DNA of 55,758 nt from a virus (IMGVR_UViG_3300042922_000297:1-55758); one strand, 5' to 3'. Positions 44,304 through 53,117 are shown, counted from the stretch's first letter. Program-made: numbers and translations. Notes: generated by a model from the sequence alone, not told the origin.

Positions 44304-44809
44304 GCGCGGGGGTTGGTATTGGGGGTCATCAATCCGCCCGTATGGCAACGGATGTGTGGCTGACTCCGCGTTACATTTTGGATGCACTGGGCAGGTTCGA
44401 TTTAGATCCGTGCTCGGCGCCCGATCCACAGTTGTGGCCAACCGCCAGAGAGCACATCACTCTGCCACGTGACGGGCTATCTGAGCCGTGGCGTGGACGG
44501 GTATGGGTCAACCCGCCATACAACCAGCACGCCTATAAGTGGCTGGAGCGGCTGGCGCTACACGGAACGGGGACGGCCCTGGTGTTCGCCCGCACTGAGA
44601 CAGCTGGGTTTGTGGATCACGTGTGGAATGCCGCTGACGCCATCATGTTCCTGCATGGGCGTCTGCATTTCCATCACGCGGGTGGTGAGCGCGCGCGAAT
44701 GAATGCGGGCGCGCCGTCTTGCCTCGTTGCTTATGGGTGGCGAGACGCGGCCAGGCTGTGCAACTCGGGTCTGTCCGGGACGTTCTTATCTGATTGGAGG
44801 ACGTCGTGA
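44300..44809 (+). CDS. Phage N6-adenine DNA methyltransferase (Dam-type)
   Basis: WLTP, FDLDPC, DGL..PW, NPPY, ARTET. Confidence 0.92.
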   Translation: MSAGVGIGGHQSARMATDVWLTPRYILDALGRFDLDPCSAPDPQLWPTAREHITLPRDGLSEPWRGRVWVNPPYNQHAYKWLERLALHGTGTALVFARTETAGFVDHVWNAADAIMFLHGRLHFHHAGGERARMNAGAPSCLVAYGWRDAARLCNSGLSGTFLSDWRTS

Positions 44810-45579
44810 GGTCGTTGTCGGATGCTGTGGTGTTGCTTGCTGCTGATGGTTTGGTGGCTGCCGGTCGGGTGTTGGGTGGGTTGCGGCGTAGGTGTGACAC
44901 GGAGCGGCGAGCGGATGCGCTGGCTGTGGCGGAGGAGTCACGGGAATGCTGGGAACCCAACGAACTATGTGCCAGCTCCGAAGTCGGGGCTAAAGCGCCG
45001 AAATGGGTCCGCGACTCACTCGACATGAACCGCCACAGCCTCGCCGCCATCGACGAGTTGACCGGCACTCGCTGGTGCTACGCGCATAAAAGCTTGTCTC
45101 GGGACTGCCTGCACGAACCAACATTTTGTCGTTTGCGGTATTACCCCGGCGACCGGGCTCCGGGCATGTGTGATCTGGAGGAGAAGCCGTGTGATCCGGT
45201 GTGCCCGTCGTGCGTGAAGGACTGGGCCGCCCAGCGTTCGGCGGCGGTGACCGTTCCCGCCGCCGACAACACCCCCGACTGCGGATGCGGCTCGGGTGAA
45301 AGATGCCCGGACCCCATCACATGCCCTGACGCGGTAGTAGCAGCGATGGCCGAGGACACCGCAGCAGCAGACGGCACCCAATTGTTCGACTCCATCGTCG
45401 CGCTCTGGGACTACCACACCCTTAGACACGACTGGTCCGATATCGGCTGGTGGGGTTGCGACGGATGCAACTGGACGGGCGTGGGGGAGCGCCAACACCT
45501 GCTGCAACGCCTCGCCCTAATCGCCGACATGAAAGCCGCCACCACACGAGTGCAGCAGCGATTAGGAGGCGCTTCATGA
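44806..45579 (+). CDS. Cys-rich mosaic hypothetical protein
   Basis: GTGA overlap; several Cys clusters. Confidence 0.65.
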   Translation: MRSLSDAVVLLAADGLVAAGRVLGGLRRRCDTERRADALAVAEESRECWEPNELCASSEVGAKAPKWVRDSLDMNRHSLAAIDELTGTRWCYAHKSLSRDCLHEPTFCRLRYYPGDRAPGMCDLEEKPCDPVCPSCVKDWAAQRSAAVTVPAADNTPDCGCGSGERCPDPITCPDAVVAAMAEDTAAADGTQLFDSIVALWDYHTLRHDWSDIGWWGCDGCNWTGVGERQHLLQRLALIADMKAATTRVQQRLGGAS

Positions 45580-45791
45580 TTCCCAACGGCCATGCGGAGC
45601 GCGGGAATTGGTTCCGCCAGTTAGCCCACGTGATCCATCTAGGCCGCTGCACTGAGTTCCCCTATGGGCGGTGCACACGACATGAAGAAGCCGAGTACTT
45701 CACACCCAAAGACAACGACATCGCGTCGGTCGTCATCAAGTGGCTGGAGTTCGACGCACGAGTACAGGAACAGCTAGGCGGCACAGCATGA
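45576..45791 (+). CDS. Hypothetical protein
   Basis: AGGAGG RBS. Confidence 0.65.
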   Translation: MIPNGHAERGNWFRQLAHVIHLGRCTEFPYGRCTRHEEAEYFTPKDNDIASVVIKWLEFDARVQEQLGGTA

Positions 45792-46087
45792 AGTACCCAA
45801 CTGACATCGTGAACGACGACGGGTGGGGACGAATCCACAAGGGGCATGGCCTAGATCGCGGCGAGTTACACCGCGACCTTGAACACCATGCCGGTAACCC
45901 ACAACGTCCTGGCGAGACACTGAAGGTCGAAGAGGTCTACTTCCGATACGTGCCGCGCGTGAAGTGGTGCGCGAACTTCGGTTGGCCGTGCGACAACGAG
46001 GGTGAATGGCATAGCCACTGGGAGGCTGTGCGCCCCAATCCTGAATGCGCCTTCACGGTCGTCAACTGGTCCCGAGAAGCGACATGA
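45788..46087 (+). CDS. Hypothetical protein
   Basis: ATGA overlap. Confidence 0.7.
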   Translation: MKYPTDIVNDDGWGRIHKGHGLDRGELHRDLEHHAGNPQRPGETLKVEEVYFRYVPRVKWCANFGWPCDNEGEWHSHWEAVRPNPECAFTVVNWSREAT

Positions 46088-46287
46088 GCGCGACGTTCAA
46101 CGCCAAGTACGGAGGCCGTTGCGGTGGGTGTGACGGCGGGATCAAGGTCGACGATCTAGTCACCTACCGGGATGACGAACTGGTCCACGTCGACTGTGAA
46201 GCCTCCGAGGTTGACCCGCTGAAGCCCGGACGCAACGAACGGCAGTGCGGTTCCTGCTTCACGTTCCATGCAGGCGAGTGCCTGTGA
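46084..46287 (+). CDS. Small Zn-binding protein
   Basis: F.AKY.G.C..C...H..C; C..CF..HAGEC. Confidence 0.75.
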   Translation: MSATFNAKYGGRCGGCDGGIKVDDLVTYRDDELVHVDCEASEVDPLKPGRNERQCGSCFTFHAGECL

Positions 46288-46408
46288 ACCACCAGATGTA
46301 AGGGCGGTCCCGGAGTTGTGACCTCCGGGACCGCGACACCCCAGGAAACACCCACTAGAGAGGAATCCCTGAAATGCCAAACCAGATTCTAGCCAGGAGG
46401 TCGAGCAC

Positions 46409-46747
46409 ATGCTGATCTCCGCGTTCCCCCAGTGGTGGCGAGCCAAGTTTTGCAGCCTCCGCACCGTCCAATCCCTGCCTCAGTTGCCGTTGATGGACGG
46501 CGACATCGCAGACCTCCAGCAGAAGGCCGACCAGCTCATGCAGGTGGCCGAGGACGCGGTCCACAGCCTTGACACGTGGGTGTGGTCGCACGAGTTGTTC
46601 GCCGCGATGCATCGCATCACTGAGTTGCGGTTGATGTGCAACGTGGAGATGTCGGCGGAGTTTGAGCCGGTGGAGGCGTTGTTCGTTCCGAAGTTCGGCG
46701 AGGACTTCCAGCAGATGTGGGACGCAGCAGGCCAGGTGGCGTCATGA
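46409..46747 (+). CDS. Hypothetical protein
   Basis: AGGAGG RBS. Confidence 0.7.
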   Translation: MLISAFPQWWRAKFCSLRTVQSLPQLPLMDGDIADLQQKADQLMQVAEDAVHSLDTWVWSHELFAAMHRITELRLMCNVEMSAEFEPVEALFVPKFGEDFQQMWDAAGQVAS

Positions 46748-46920
46748 CCGCGCACCCGTTGCGGTTGATGCGTCAGTACCGCAGGTCGCGAACCAGGCTT
46801 GGCAGGGCGTGGGATCGGGCGAGGTTTTGGGTGCGCGAACAGCTCATCCCGATCAGCCTGCTTGTGGGCACACTCGCCATCCCCGCCACCGCCGTGATGG
46901 TTCAGGCGGTCGGATCATGA
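46744..46920 (+). CDS. Small membrane protein
   Basis: C-terminal TM segment. Confidence 0.6.
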   Translation: MTAHPLRLMRQYRRSRTRLGRAWDRARFWVREQLIPISLLVGTLAIPATAVMVQAVGS

Positions 46921-47225
46921 GCGGCGAGTTCCCCACGCTGGCCGATGTGGTAACTGCCACGCTGAATGAATGCGGCATTGACGATGCGGACATGGTCGAG
47001 ACGCCAGACATCATTCGTGCGTGGCGTGAGGCCCGCACGGTCCGCACCGTAGAAGACCTGGATCATGTTCCAGCCCGCGCGATCGTCCGATCCGAGGCTG
47101 GCACCATCGCGTGCCGGTTCGACGGACGCAACGGTGTGGTGTTCGGCGACGACCGCCCGTTCCCGTGGCACAAACTCGCTCTCCCCGCGCTGCTGCTGTG
47201 GCACCCCGACTGGAGTCAGTCATGA
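46917..47225 (+). CDS. Hypothetical protein, paralog of 42798..43019
   Basis: LDHVPARAIVRS...LPALLLWHPDW. Confidence 0.72.
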   Translation: MSGEFPTLADVVTATLNECGIDDADMVETPDIIRAWREARTVRTVEDLDHVPARAIVRSEAGTIACRFDGRNGVVFGDDRPFPWHKLALPALLLWHPDWSQS

Positions 47226-47491
47226 CGAACATCTTCCAAACCCCGAACCTGCTCCGAATCAGCGGCGACGTAACACTCCTCGCACACTTCGGGAACCTGC
47301 TCGCAGTCACCCCATACAGGATGCCCGGATCCGATCCCTACGATCACGTCACTGTCGCATTCCGCGGACTGCACCTGGAGTTCACCGCGCAAGACGCACG
47401 CCTGCTATCCGCCGGCCTTTTCACTGCTGCACGAAAAGTCAGGGACATGCCCGACTACAGCGGCATCGCCCACCTGGAGGGGCAGTCATGA
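47222..47491 (+). CDS. Hypothetical protein
   Basis: ATGA overlap. Confidence 0.65.
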   Translation: MTNIFQTPNLLRISGDVTLLAHFGNLLAVTPYRMPGSDPYDHVTVAFRGLHLEFTAQDARLLSAGLFTAARKVRDMPDYSGIAHLEGQS

Positions 47492-47838
47492 TCGGGCCGC
47501 GCATCCAAACCCACCACCGGCTCCGAATCGCCCGACTCGAAGCCAAACTCACCCAACGCGCCCTCGCCGAATACATCGGCACCAACATCCGCAACATCGA
47601 AAACTGGGAACAAGGACGCAACCACATCCCCGGCTACGCACTCACCAAACTCGCCCGCATCTGCGGCGTCGACCCCGACTGGATCCTCGACGGCGGAGCA
47701 TCATTCATCGAATTCCGCGACATCTGCCCCGTCTGCAAACAAGACACACCCATCATCGGCCTCGACCGCACATACGCAGTCCACGGCGACAAAGCTGGCA
47801 ACGAGTGCCCTATGGGCGCAAGGCGGGTCGCAGCATGA
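47488..47838 (+). CDS. XRE HTH protein with C-terminal Zn finger
   Basis: RLRIARL...TQRALAE.IG..I.NWEQG; CPVC...H...C. Confidence 0.85.
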   Translation: MIGPRIQTHHRLRIARLEAKLTQRALAEYIGTNIRNIENWEQGRNHIPGYALTKLARICGVDPDWILDGGASFIEFRDICPVCKQDTPIIGLDRTYAVHGDKAGNECPMGARRVAA

Positions 47839-48188
47839 TGACCACCGCATGGAAAACCCAAGGCCTGTGCTTCGGGCACCCCGACCCCGATCTGTGGTTC
47901 CCCGCCGACGCGCGCCGACGCGGCACCTTCGAAGCGGCCCTAGCTGTCTGCGCTCAATGCCCGGTAATCGATAAATGTTGGGAGTACGCCGAGGAGACTG
48001 GCGTGACCCACGGAGTGTGGGCCGGCGTTAACCGGAGCAAGCCGGCCAAAACAACCGACCACCCCCCGCAGCACGGCACAGAAGCGCGCGCCCGCAGGCA
48101 CAGGAGGGCCGGGGAAGATCCATGCCCCGCCTGCCTAGAAGGGGAGCGGTCAGCTCGCCGCCTCCGCGAAACCCGGAGGCCGGCATGA
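47835..48188 (+). CDS. whiB: WhiB-family protein 1 with C-terminal HGT..H..C..C extension
   Basis: C...DPDLWFP...C.QCPV...C...GVWAG. Confidence 0.88.
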   Translation: MMTTAWKTQGLCFGHPDPDLWFPADARRRGTFEAALAVCAQCPVIDKCWEYAEETGVTHGVWAGVNRSKPAKTTDHPPQHGTEARARRHRRAGEDPCPACLEGERSARRLRETRRPA

Positions 48189-48442
48189 GCATCATCGGAG
48201 ACCTGGAGGGTCTGATCAACCGCGAACCCTGGACCGACGGTGCGCTCTGCACGCAGGTCGACAGCGGCGATCTGTTTTTCCCTGAGAAGGGCGGCTCCAC
48301 CGTCGAAGCGAAACGCATCTGCAATCGCTGCGATGTCACCGCAGAGTGCCTCGCGTATGCGTTGAAAAACAAGATAGCCAGAGGTATTTGGGGGGCGAAG
48401 TCGGAACGGGAACGCCGCGACATGCTCAAGAGGTCGGCGTGA
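48185..48442 (+). CDS. whiB: WhiB-family protein 2 (WhiB2-like)
   Basis: ALCTQVD..FFPEKGGST.EAK.IC..C.V..ECL.YAL...GIWG..SERER. Confidence 0.93.
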   Translation: MSIIGDLEGLINREPWTDGALCTQVDSGDLFFPEKGGSTVEAKRICNRCDVTAECLAYALKNKIARGIWGAKSERERRDMLKRSA

Positions 48443-48663
48443 TGCCCGGCCGGTTGGATACCGCCATCGCGGAACTGAAATGCGGTCTAGCCGCCATCGA
48501 CGACGCCCGCTGCCTCCTGCACGAGTTGGGTTGGGAAACCCCCGCAGACGTGCGCTCGCAGCTGGTGTTCCAGCAGCAACACCACAACGCCAACAAACTC
48601 ATCCAGCGGGGAGACGCCATGCTCGGCGCCCTCACCAGACAACAAGACAAGGAACCAACATGA
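48442..48663 (+). CDS. Hypothetical protein
   Basis: Coupled start. Confidence 0.6.
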   Translation: MPGRLDTAIAELKCGLAAIDDARCLLHELGWETPADVRSQLVFQQQHHNANKLIQRGDAMLGALTRQQDKEPT

Positions 48664-48923
48664 AACGACCTATCTACGTGAGTCAGCGGGAAAACCTCGA
48701 GGGTGACTTTTGGTACACGGTGCGCGGGGGTAACGCCGAGAACGTCCTGACGTCGAAGATGTACAAGCAGCGGTGGCGTGCGGTGCGTGCTGCCCGCGCT
48801 TTCATCGAGTCGGTTGAGCCTGCCCCGGTGTCGTTCTCGTGGTGGTCCGGACCGACTGATGCGGCAGTGAAGTCCGGGACCGCCCGCGGCGCGATCCACC
48901 ATCACACGGAGCGTCTCCGATGA
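48660..48923 (+). CDS. Hypothetical protein
   Basis: AAGGA RBS; FWY.V.G.N.E....S.MY. Confidence 0.7.
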   Translation: MKRPIYVSQRENLEGDFWYTVRGGNAENVLTSKMYKQRWRAVRAARAFIESVEPAPVSFSWWSGPTDAAVKSGTARGAIHHHTERLR

Positions 48924-49087
48924 TCGTGGAGTGGTGCAGGTCTAAGCATCTCGCCAACTCTGGTGGTAGATGCCAACTCGAAGCCGGCCATGACGGTCCG
49001 CATGAGCGGACGATTCGGGGGGTTCGTTACGAGTGGACCGACGAGTCCGAAGCCGCCCACAAGAAGACGTGGAGGCCCGCGTCATGA
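48920..49087 (+). CDS. Small protein with C.L..GH.G.H motif
   Basis: ATGA overlaps at both ends. Confidence 0.6.
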   Translation: MIVEWCRSKHLANSGGRCQLEAGHDGPHERTIRGVRYEWTDESEAAHKKTWRPAS

Positions 49088-49563
49088 GCCAAGACCCAGC
49101 AGCCCAACTGATCCTCTCCAAGTGGATCACCGACCGGGCGAAGGAATGGGAGGCAGAGGCCAAGCAGCAGTTGGGGTTGTTGCCGGGGGAGCGTAAGGCC
49201 GCTGTGGTGAATGGTCAGGTGTTGGGGCATGTGTCGATGGTGAAGGGACGCAGCGCCGGGTCTGTCGCCAACGCTGAAGCCCTGTTGGCGTATGTGAAGG
49301 CCCACCACCCCACCGAGGTCGAGGAAGTCAGGGAGGAGCGGATCCGGCCGGCGTTCCTCAAAGCGCTGTTGGATGACGCGGCGAAGAAAGGCGCGTTCGT
49401 CGACACGGATGGTGTGGTGATCGACGGCCTGATCGACGTCCGGCAGGGCGACCCGTATCCGTCCCGGAAACTCGCGGAGGACGCCGACATCCTCATCGCC
49501 GGACTCATGCCCAAGGGCGCGTTGGGTGTGTCCGGTCTGCGCGAATTGGAGGCCGGGGAATGA
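49084..49563 (+). CDS. Hypothetical protein in recombination region
   Basis: GGAGG RBS; near the ATPase. Confidence 0.75.
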   Translation: MSQDPAAQLILSKWITDRAKEWEAEAKQQLGLLPGERKAAVVNGQVLGHVSMVKGRSAGSVANAEALLAYVKAHHPTEVEEVREERIRPAFLKALLDDAAKKGAFVDTDGVVIDGLIDVRQGDPYPSRKLAEDADILIAGLMPKGALGVSGLRELEAGE

Positions 49564-49775
49564 GCAGCTACCTGACGTCCTACAGCCGACTACTCGATGG
49601 ATTCGTCAGCAACACGGTGCAACGCATGACATCCGATCCCGCAGAGGTCGCCGACCGCGTTGACGCAATCTTCGGGTCACTGGCGCATCAACGTCTGGAC
49701 GAGATCCAACTGACAGCCCTCTTGTCTATCGCTGTGGATCGGCTCGCCACAAGCAAGATCGGAGCACCCGAATGA
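49560..49775 (+). CDS. Hypothetical protein
   Basis: ATGA overlap. Confidence 0.65.
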   Translation: MSSYLTSYSRLLDGFVSNTVQRMTSDPAEVADRVDAIFGSLAHQRLDEIQLTALLSIAVDRLATSKIGAPE

Positions 49776-50749
49776 GCCCCCGCTTGAGGAAGCCGAACGG
49801 TATCCCGAACTGGCCCATGATCCTCCTCGAAGGCCCCGACAGTGTGGGGAAGTCCTACCAGTCAGCCCAATTCACCGGCAGCTCGAAGACCGGGCAGGCG
49901 TACTGGCTGGATGTGGGTGAAGGCGCGGCGGACGAGTACATCAACGTTCCCGGCGCTGACTACATGATCGTCGATCACGACGGGTCGTGGCAGGACATCA
50001 TCGCCCAAATCCACGAGATCACCGAAGCCGAGCAGGACTCGAAGAAGCCGGCGGTGCTGGTGGTGGATTCGGCGTCGAACGTGTGGGACATGCTCAAAGC
50101 CTGGGTCAATTCACGTGCACGGAACTCGAAGAACGGGAAACGGACTCTCGCCGCTGATCCTGATGCGGAAATCAAGCCGTCCCCGAATCTGTGGAACGAC
50201 GCCAACGACAGGCACGCCGCCTTCGTCACCGCCCTGTCCCGTTTTCCGGGCATCGTCGTCCTCACTGCACGGGGGAAAGAGACGATGGCTGTGGATGGTG
50301 AGGGTCGGCCGATTCAGGGGCAGCGGGACTACTCCGTGGAGGCCAACAAGTCGTTGCCGTTCAAGGTCAACGCCCACGTCCGACTGTCTCGGGAGGATCC
50401 CCCGGTGGTGGTGTCGTTCCGGTCGGCAACCAACGGTTTAAGGCCGGGCGTGGATAAACCGCAGAGGTACCCCGAGTTCACCCTTGAGCACCTGGTGTTC
50501 GAGGTGATGGGTCTAGAGAAGGCCCAGACGCGGGATGTCACGGAGTTGGTGACGGACGAGAAGGCGTTGGCCGATTCTGCCCGCCTGGAGCTGCGCCAGT
50601 GGTGCGAGGCGAACGGCCTGGACCTGAAGGCGGTGGCTGACCGCTTCTACGAGTCTCAGGAGGAAACCCTTGGGGCGACGGGTGATGCGTCGGCGGTGCG
50701 GAACCTGTTGCAGTCGTTGCAGGACGAACATGCAAAGGCGGCGTCATGA
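49772..50749 (+). CDS. AAA/RecA-fold ATPase (Sak4-like recombinase)
   Basis: Walker A GPDSVGKS, Walker B LVVDS. Confidence 0.85.
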   Translation: MSPRLRKPNGIPNWPMILLEGPDSVGKSYQSAQFTGSSKTGQAYWLDVGEGAADEYINVPGADYMIVDHDGSWQDIIAQIHEITEAEQDSKKPAVLVVDSASNVWDMLKAWVNSRARNSKNGKRTLAADPDAEIKPSPNLWNDANDRHAAFVTALSRFPGIVVLTARGKETMAVDGEGRPIQGQRDYSVEANKSLPFKVNAHVRLSREDPPVVVSFRSATNGLRPGVDKPQRYPEFTLEHLVFEVMGLEKAQTRDVTELVTDEKALADSARLELRQWCEANGLDLKAVADRFYESQEETLGATGDASAVRNLLQSLQDEHAKAAS

Positions 50750-50916
50750 GGTTCGAAGTTTCGTGCCCTGCCTGCCCCACCCACATCAACCCGTCCGTGT
50801 TCCCTGACCGTGACGGCGCTGAAGCGTATGTGCGTCGCCATCACATCGTGGGGGATAAGCACAGGGCCGTGGTGGAGCCGGTGTTCGAGACACCGTTTGA
50901 AGGGCTGGTGTGCTGA
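50746..50916 (+). CDS. Small CxxC/His protein
   Basis: Coupled at both ends; CPAC...H...H. Confidence 0.6.
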   Translation: MRFEVSCPACPTHINPSVFPDRDGAEAYVRRHHIVGDKHRAVVEPVFETPFEGLVC

Positions 50917-51098
50917 TGAGCGCCACTGCGTGCAAGAACTGCGGTCTGTCAATCACTCTGGTGCCCTACGCGCTGGGTCCGAAGTGGATGCACAATCCTC
51001 CCGGCTACACGGGTCACAAGATGGGCGGCGGTGCGTACAACGTGTACGAGCACTGCCGCGGGATGGTCGCTGAACCACCTGTTGGAGGTGTGCTGTGA
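50916..51098 (+). CDS. Small Zn-binding protein
   Basis: CKNCG...W.H...C...AEP. Confidence 0.65.
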   Translation: MSATACKNCGLSITLVPYALGPKWMHNPPGYTGHKMGGGAYNVYEHCRGMVAEPPVGGVL

Positions 51099-51283
51099 TG
51101 GCCGGATCTGTCCATGTCGGCGGCAACGGCTCTTGGATGCCGCTGAGGCTCGTCCGAGAGTTCGTTGAGGCCACGAAGGATTGGCCTGACGATAACTGGG
51201 TTCAGGCTGGAGTGGTCGGCCTGGAGCAGCGGATGTCGATTGAGTACACCACCCTTCAAGGCTTGAGGGCGGTGCGGAAATGA
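51095..51283 (+). CDS. Hypothetical protein
   Basis: GGAGG RBS. Confidence 0.6.
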   Translation: MMAGSVHVGGNGSWMPLRLVREFVEATKDWPDDNWVQAGVVGLEQRMSIEYTTLQGLRAVRK

Positions 51284-51666
51284 GCCGGCCGCAGGGGTTC
51301 ACCCCCGCCACCCGCGCCCTGATCGCCGACCGGGCATCCGACTACAACGGCTGGCCTGTCTGTGAGGTGATGGCGGTCTGTCAAGGCGTCGCAGCTGAGG
51401 CGGTGCATCACAGGAGGCCCAGAGCAGCCGGCGGTAGCAAGCGCCCGGACACGAACAAGGCGGCGAACGGGATCGCCACCTGTAATGCCGACCATGAGTG
51501 GATTGAGTCGCACCGCGAGGAGGCGTTGCTTAACGGCTGGTTGGTGCTGCAATGCGAAGCCCCCGCCACCATCCCCGCCCTCCGGCGCGGTGTCTGGGTG
51601 CTGTTGGACAACGACGGCGGCTGGGTGCGGTGTGCGGCTCCGGGCGTACAGGGAGAAGCATCATGA
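51280..51666 (+). CDS. HNH endonuclease
   Basis: CE...C...HHRRPR..GG...N...C..DH. Confidence 0.88.
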   Translation: MSRPQGFTPATRALIADRASDYNGWPVCEVMAVCQGVAAEAVHHRRPRAAGGSKRPDTNKAANGIATCNADHEWIESHREEALLNGWLVLQCEAPATIPALRRGVWVLLDNDGGWVRCAAPGVQGEAS

Positions 51667-52452
51667 AAACGTTCTATCTGGGGGCTCATCACCCGAACTG
51701 GCTCGCTAAGGCCGGGGTGCCCCTGTTCATCTCCCATAGGAGGCTACAGGGCTACAAAACGCTCCCCAAGGCCATTGAGCATTGGGCGTTGGATTCCGGT
51801 GGTTTCTCCGAGATTTCGCAGTTCGGGAAGTGGACCACCACACCAGAGCAGTACGTGCAGGCCGTTAAACGCTACGACCAGGAGATCGGGCATCTGGGTT
51901 GGGCGGCGCCGCAGGACTGGATGTGCGAACCAGACATGCTCACCAAAACTGGGCTCACAGTCCGGGAACACCAGCAGCGTACAGTCCGCAACTTCCTCCA
52001 GCTGCAACAACTCTGGGGGGACGACAGCCCGTTCATGCCGGTCCTGCAAGGCTGGACAGTCGACGACTACCTCCACTGTATGGAGTTGTACAACATCGCC
52101 GGTATCGATTTGGAATCTTTCCCGTTGGTGGGTGTCGGCTCGGTGTGTAGGAGGCAAGCGACCGGGGAGATCGGGATGATCTTTCAATCCATCCTCAAGC
52201 ACCAAGACCTGCTGATTCACGGGTTCGGGGTCAAACTCCGCGGCCTCCAAGACTATGGGCACCTACTCAACTCGGCCGACTCCATGGCCTGGTCCTACTG
52301 GGCACGAAGAGACCCCCCCCATGCCGGGCTGCACCGAACACAAGTCGTGTTCAAACTGCATCAAGTACGCGATGTGGTGGCGCGCGAAGGTCGACCGCAT
52401 CCAATACCGCCACCAACTGTCCTTTGACTATGACGAAGCGGTCGTCGCGTGA
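51663..52452 (+). CDS. TGT-fold / DpdA-like transglycosylase, frameshifted at C8 tract (in-frame stop 52427; C-terminus in +1 frame to 52452)
   Basis: LDSGGF, APQDWMCEP, PVLQG, VGVGSVCRR, HGFGVK, SADSMAW. Confidence 0.8.
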
Positions 52453-52586
52453 TCGCCCTGGTCTGTGACGGCCAGACCATCGCCCGGTTCGATAGCTACC
52501 CGGAAGCAGCAGCACACCGGTTGGAGGTGTGCCCGTCGTGGGGTTTGGTGCGGGGCGGGTACCGGATCGTGGGGGTCACCGGGTGA
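52449..52586 (+). CDS. Small hypothetical protein
   Basis: GTGA overlaps at both ends. Confidence 0.5.
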   Translation: MIALVCDGQTIARFDSYPEAAAHRLEVCPSWGLVRGGYRIVGVTG

Positions 52587-52732
52587 GCGCGTGCGAGTGG
52601 TGCGGGGGGATCGACGGCCACGAGAACGGCTGCCGGTTAGGTCTGGGCCCGGACGAGATCGCCGAACGTCAGCCGTGCTGTCCGTGCGGTTTGAAGACGC
52701 GTCCCGGTAGCTGCGGGTGGTGCGAGGAATGA
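52583..52732 (+). CDS. Small Cys-rich protein
   Basis: CEWC..H..C; CCPC; C..C. Confidence 0.5.
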   Translation: MSACEWCGGIDGHENGCRLGLGPDEIAERQPCCPCGLKTRPGSCGWCEE

Positions 52733-52874
52733 CCGAAAAACGTTGCGGGAACAGCGCATACATGAACAACAACGGTGGGATTCAAGGTATGCTAGAGGGG
52801 CAAAAAGTAAGGCCCCGGCGACAGCTTGCGACTGCCCCGGGGGATGACCGAATCTCAAGCAAGGAGATCCGATA

Positions 52875-53117
52875 GTGATAGATGATAGCGCGCCACCCGA
52901 CAGGGTTCGAGAGCAGATAGAGGCCGACGCCAGAACCGTCGCCTATCTGGACGCCGAGCAGAACGCACGGGTCATTGCCAGGGTTCGGGAACTCGCCTGG
53001 AAATGGGATTCAGCGACCAGTCTGACGACCGGACAACCGAACACCGTGGCCAAGGCATTCGCTTCGGAACTGTTCTGCGCCCTCGCCATCCACAAGACCG
53101 ACAGCGGTGACGCCTGA
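52875..53117 (+). CDS. Hypothetical protein
   Basis: AAGGAG RBS. Confidence 0.65.
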   Translation: MIDDSAPPDRVREQIEADARTVAYLDAEQNARVIARVRELAWKWDSATSLTTGQPNTVAKAFASELFCALAIHKTDSGDA

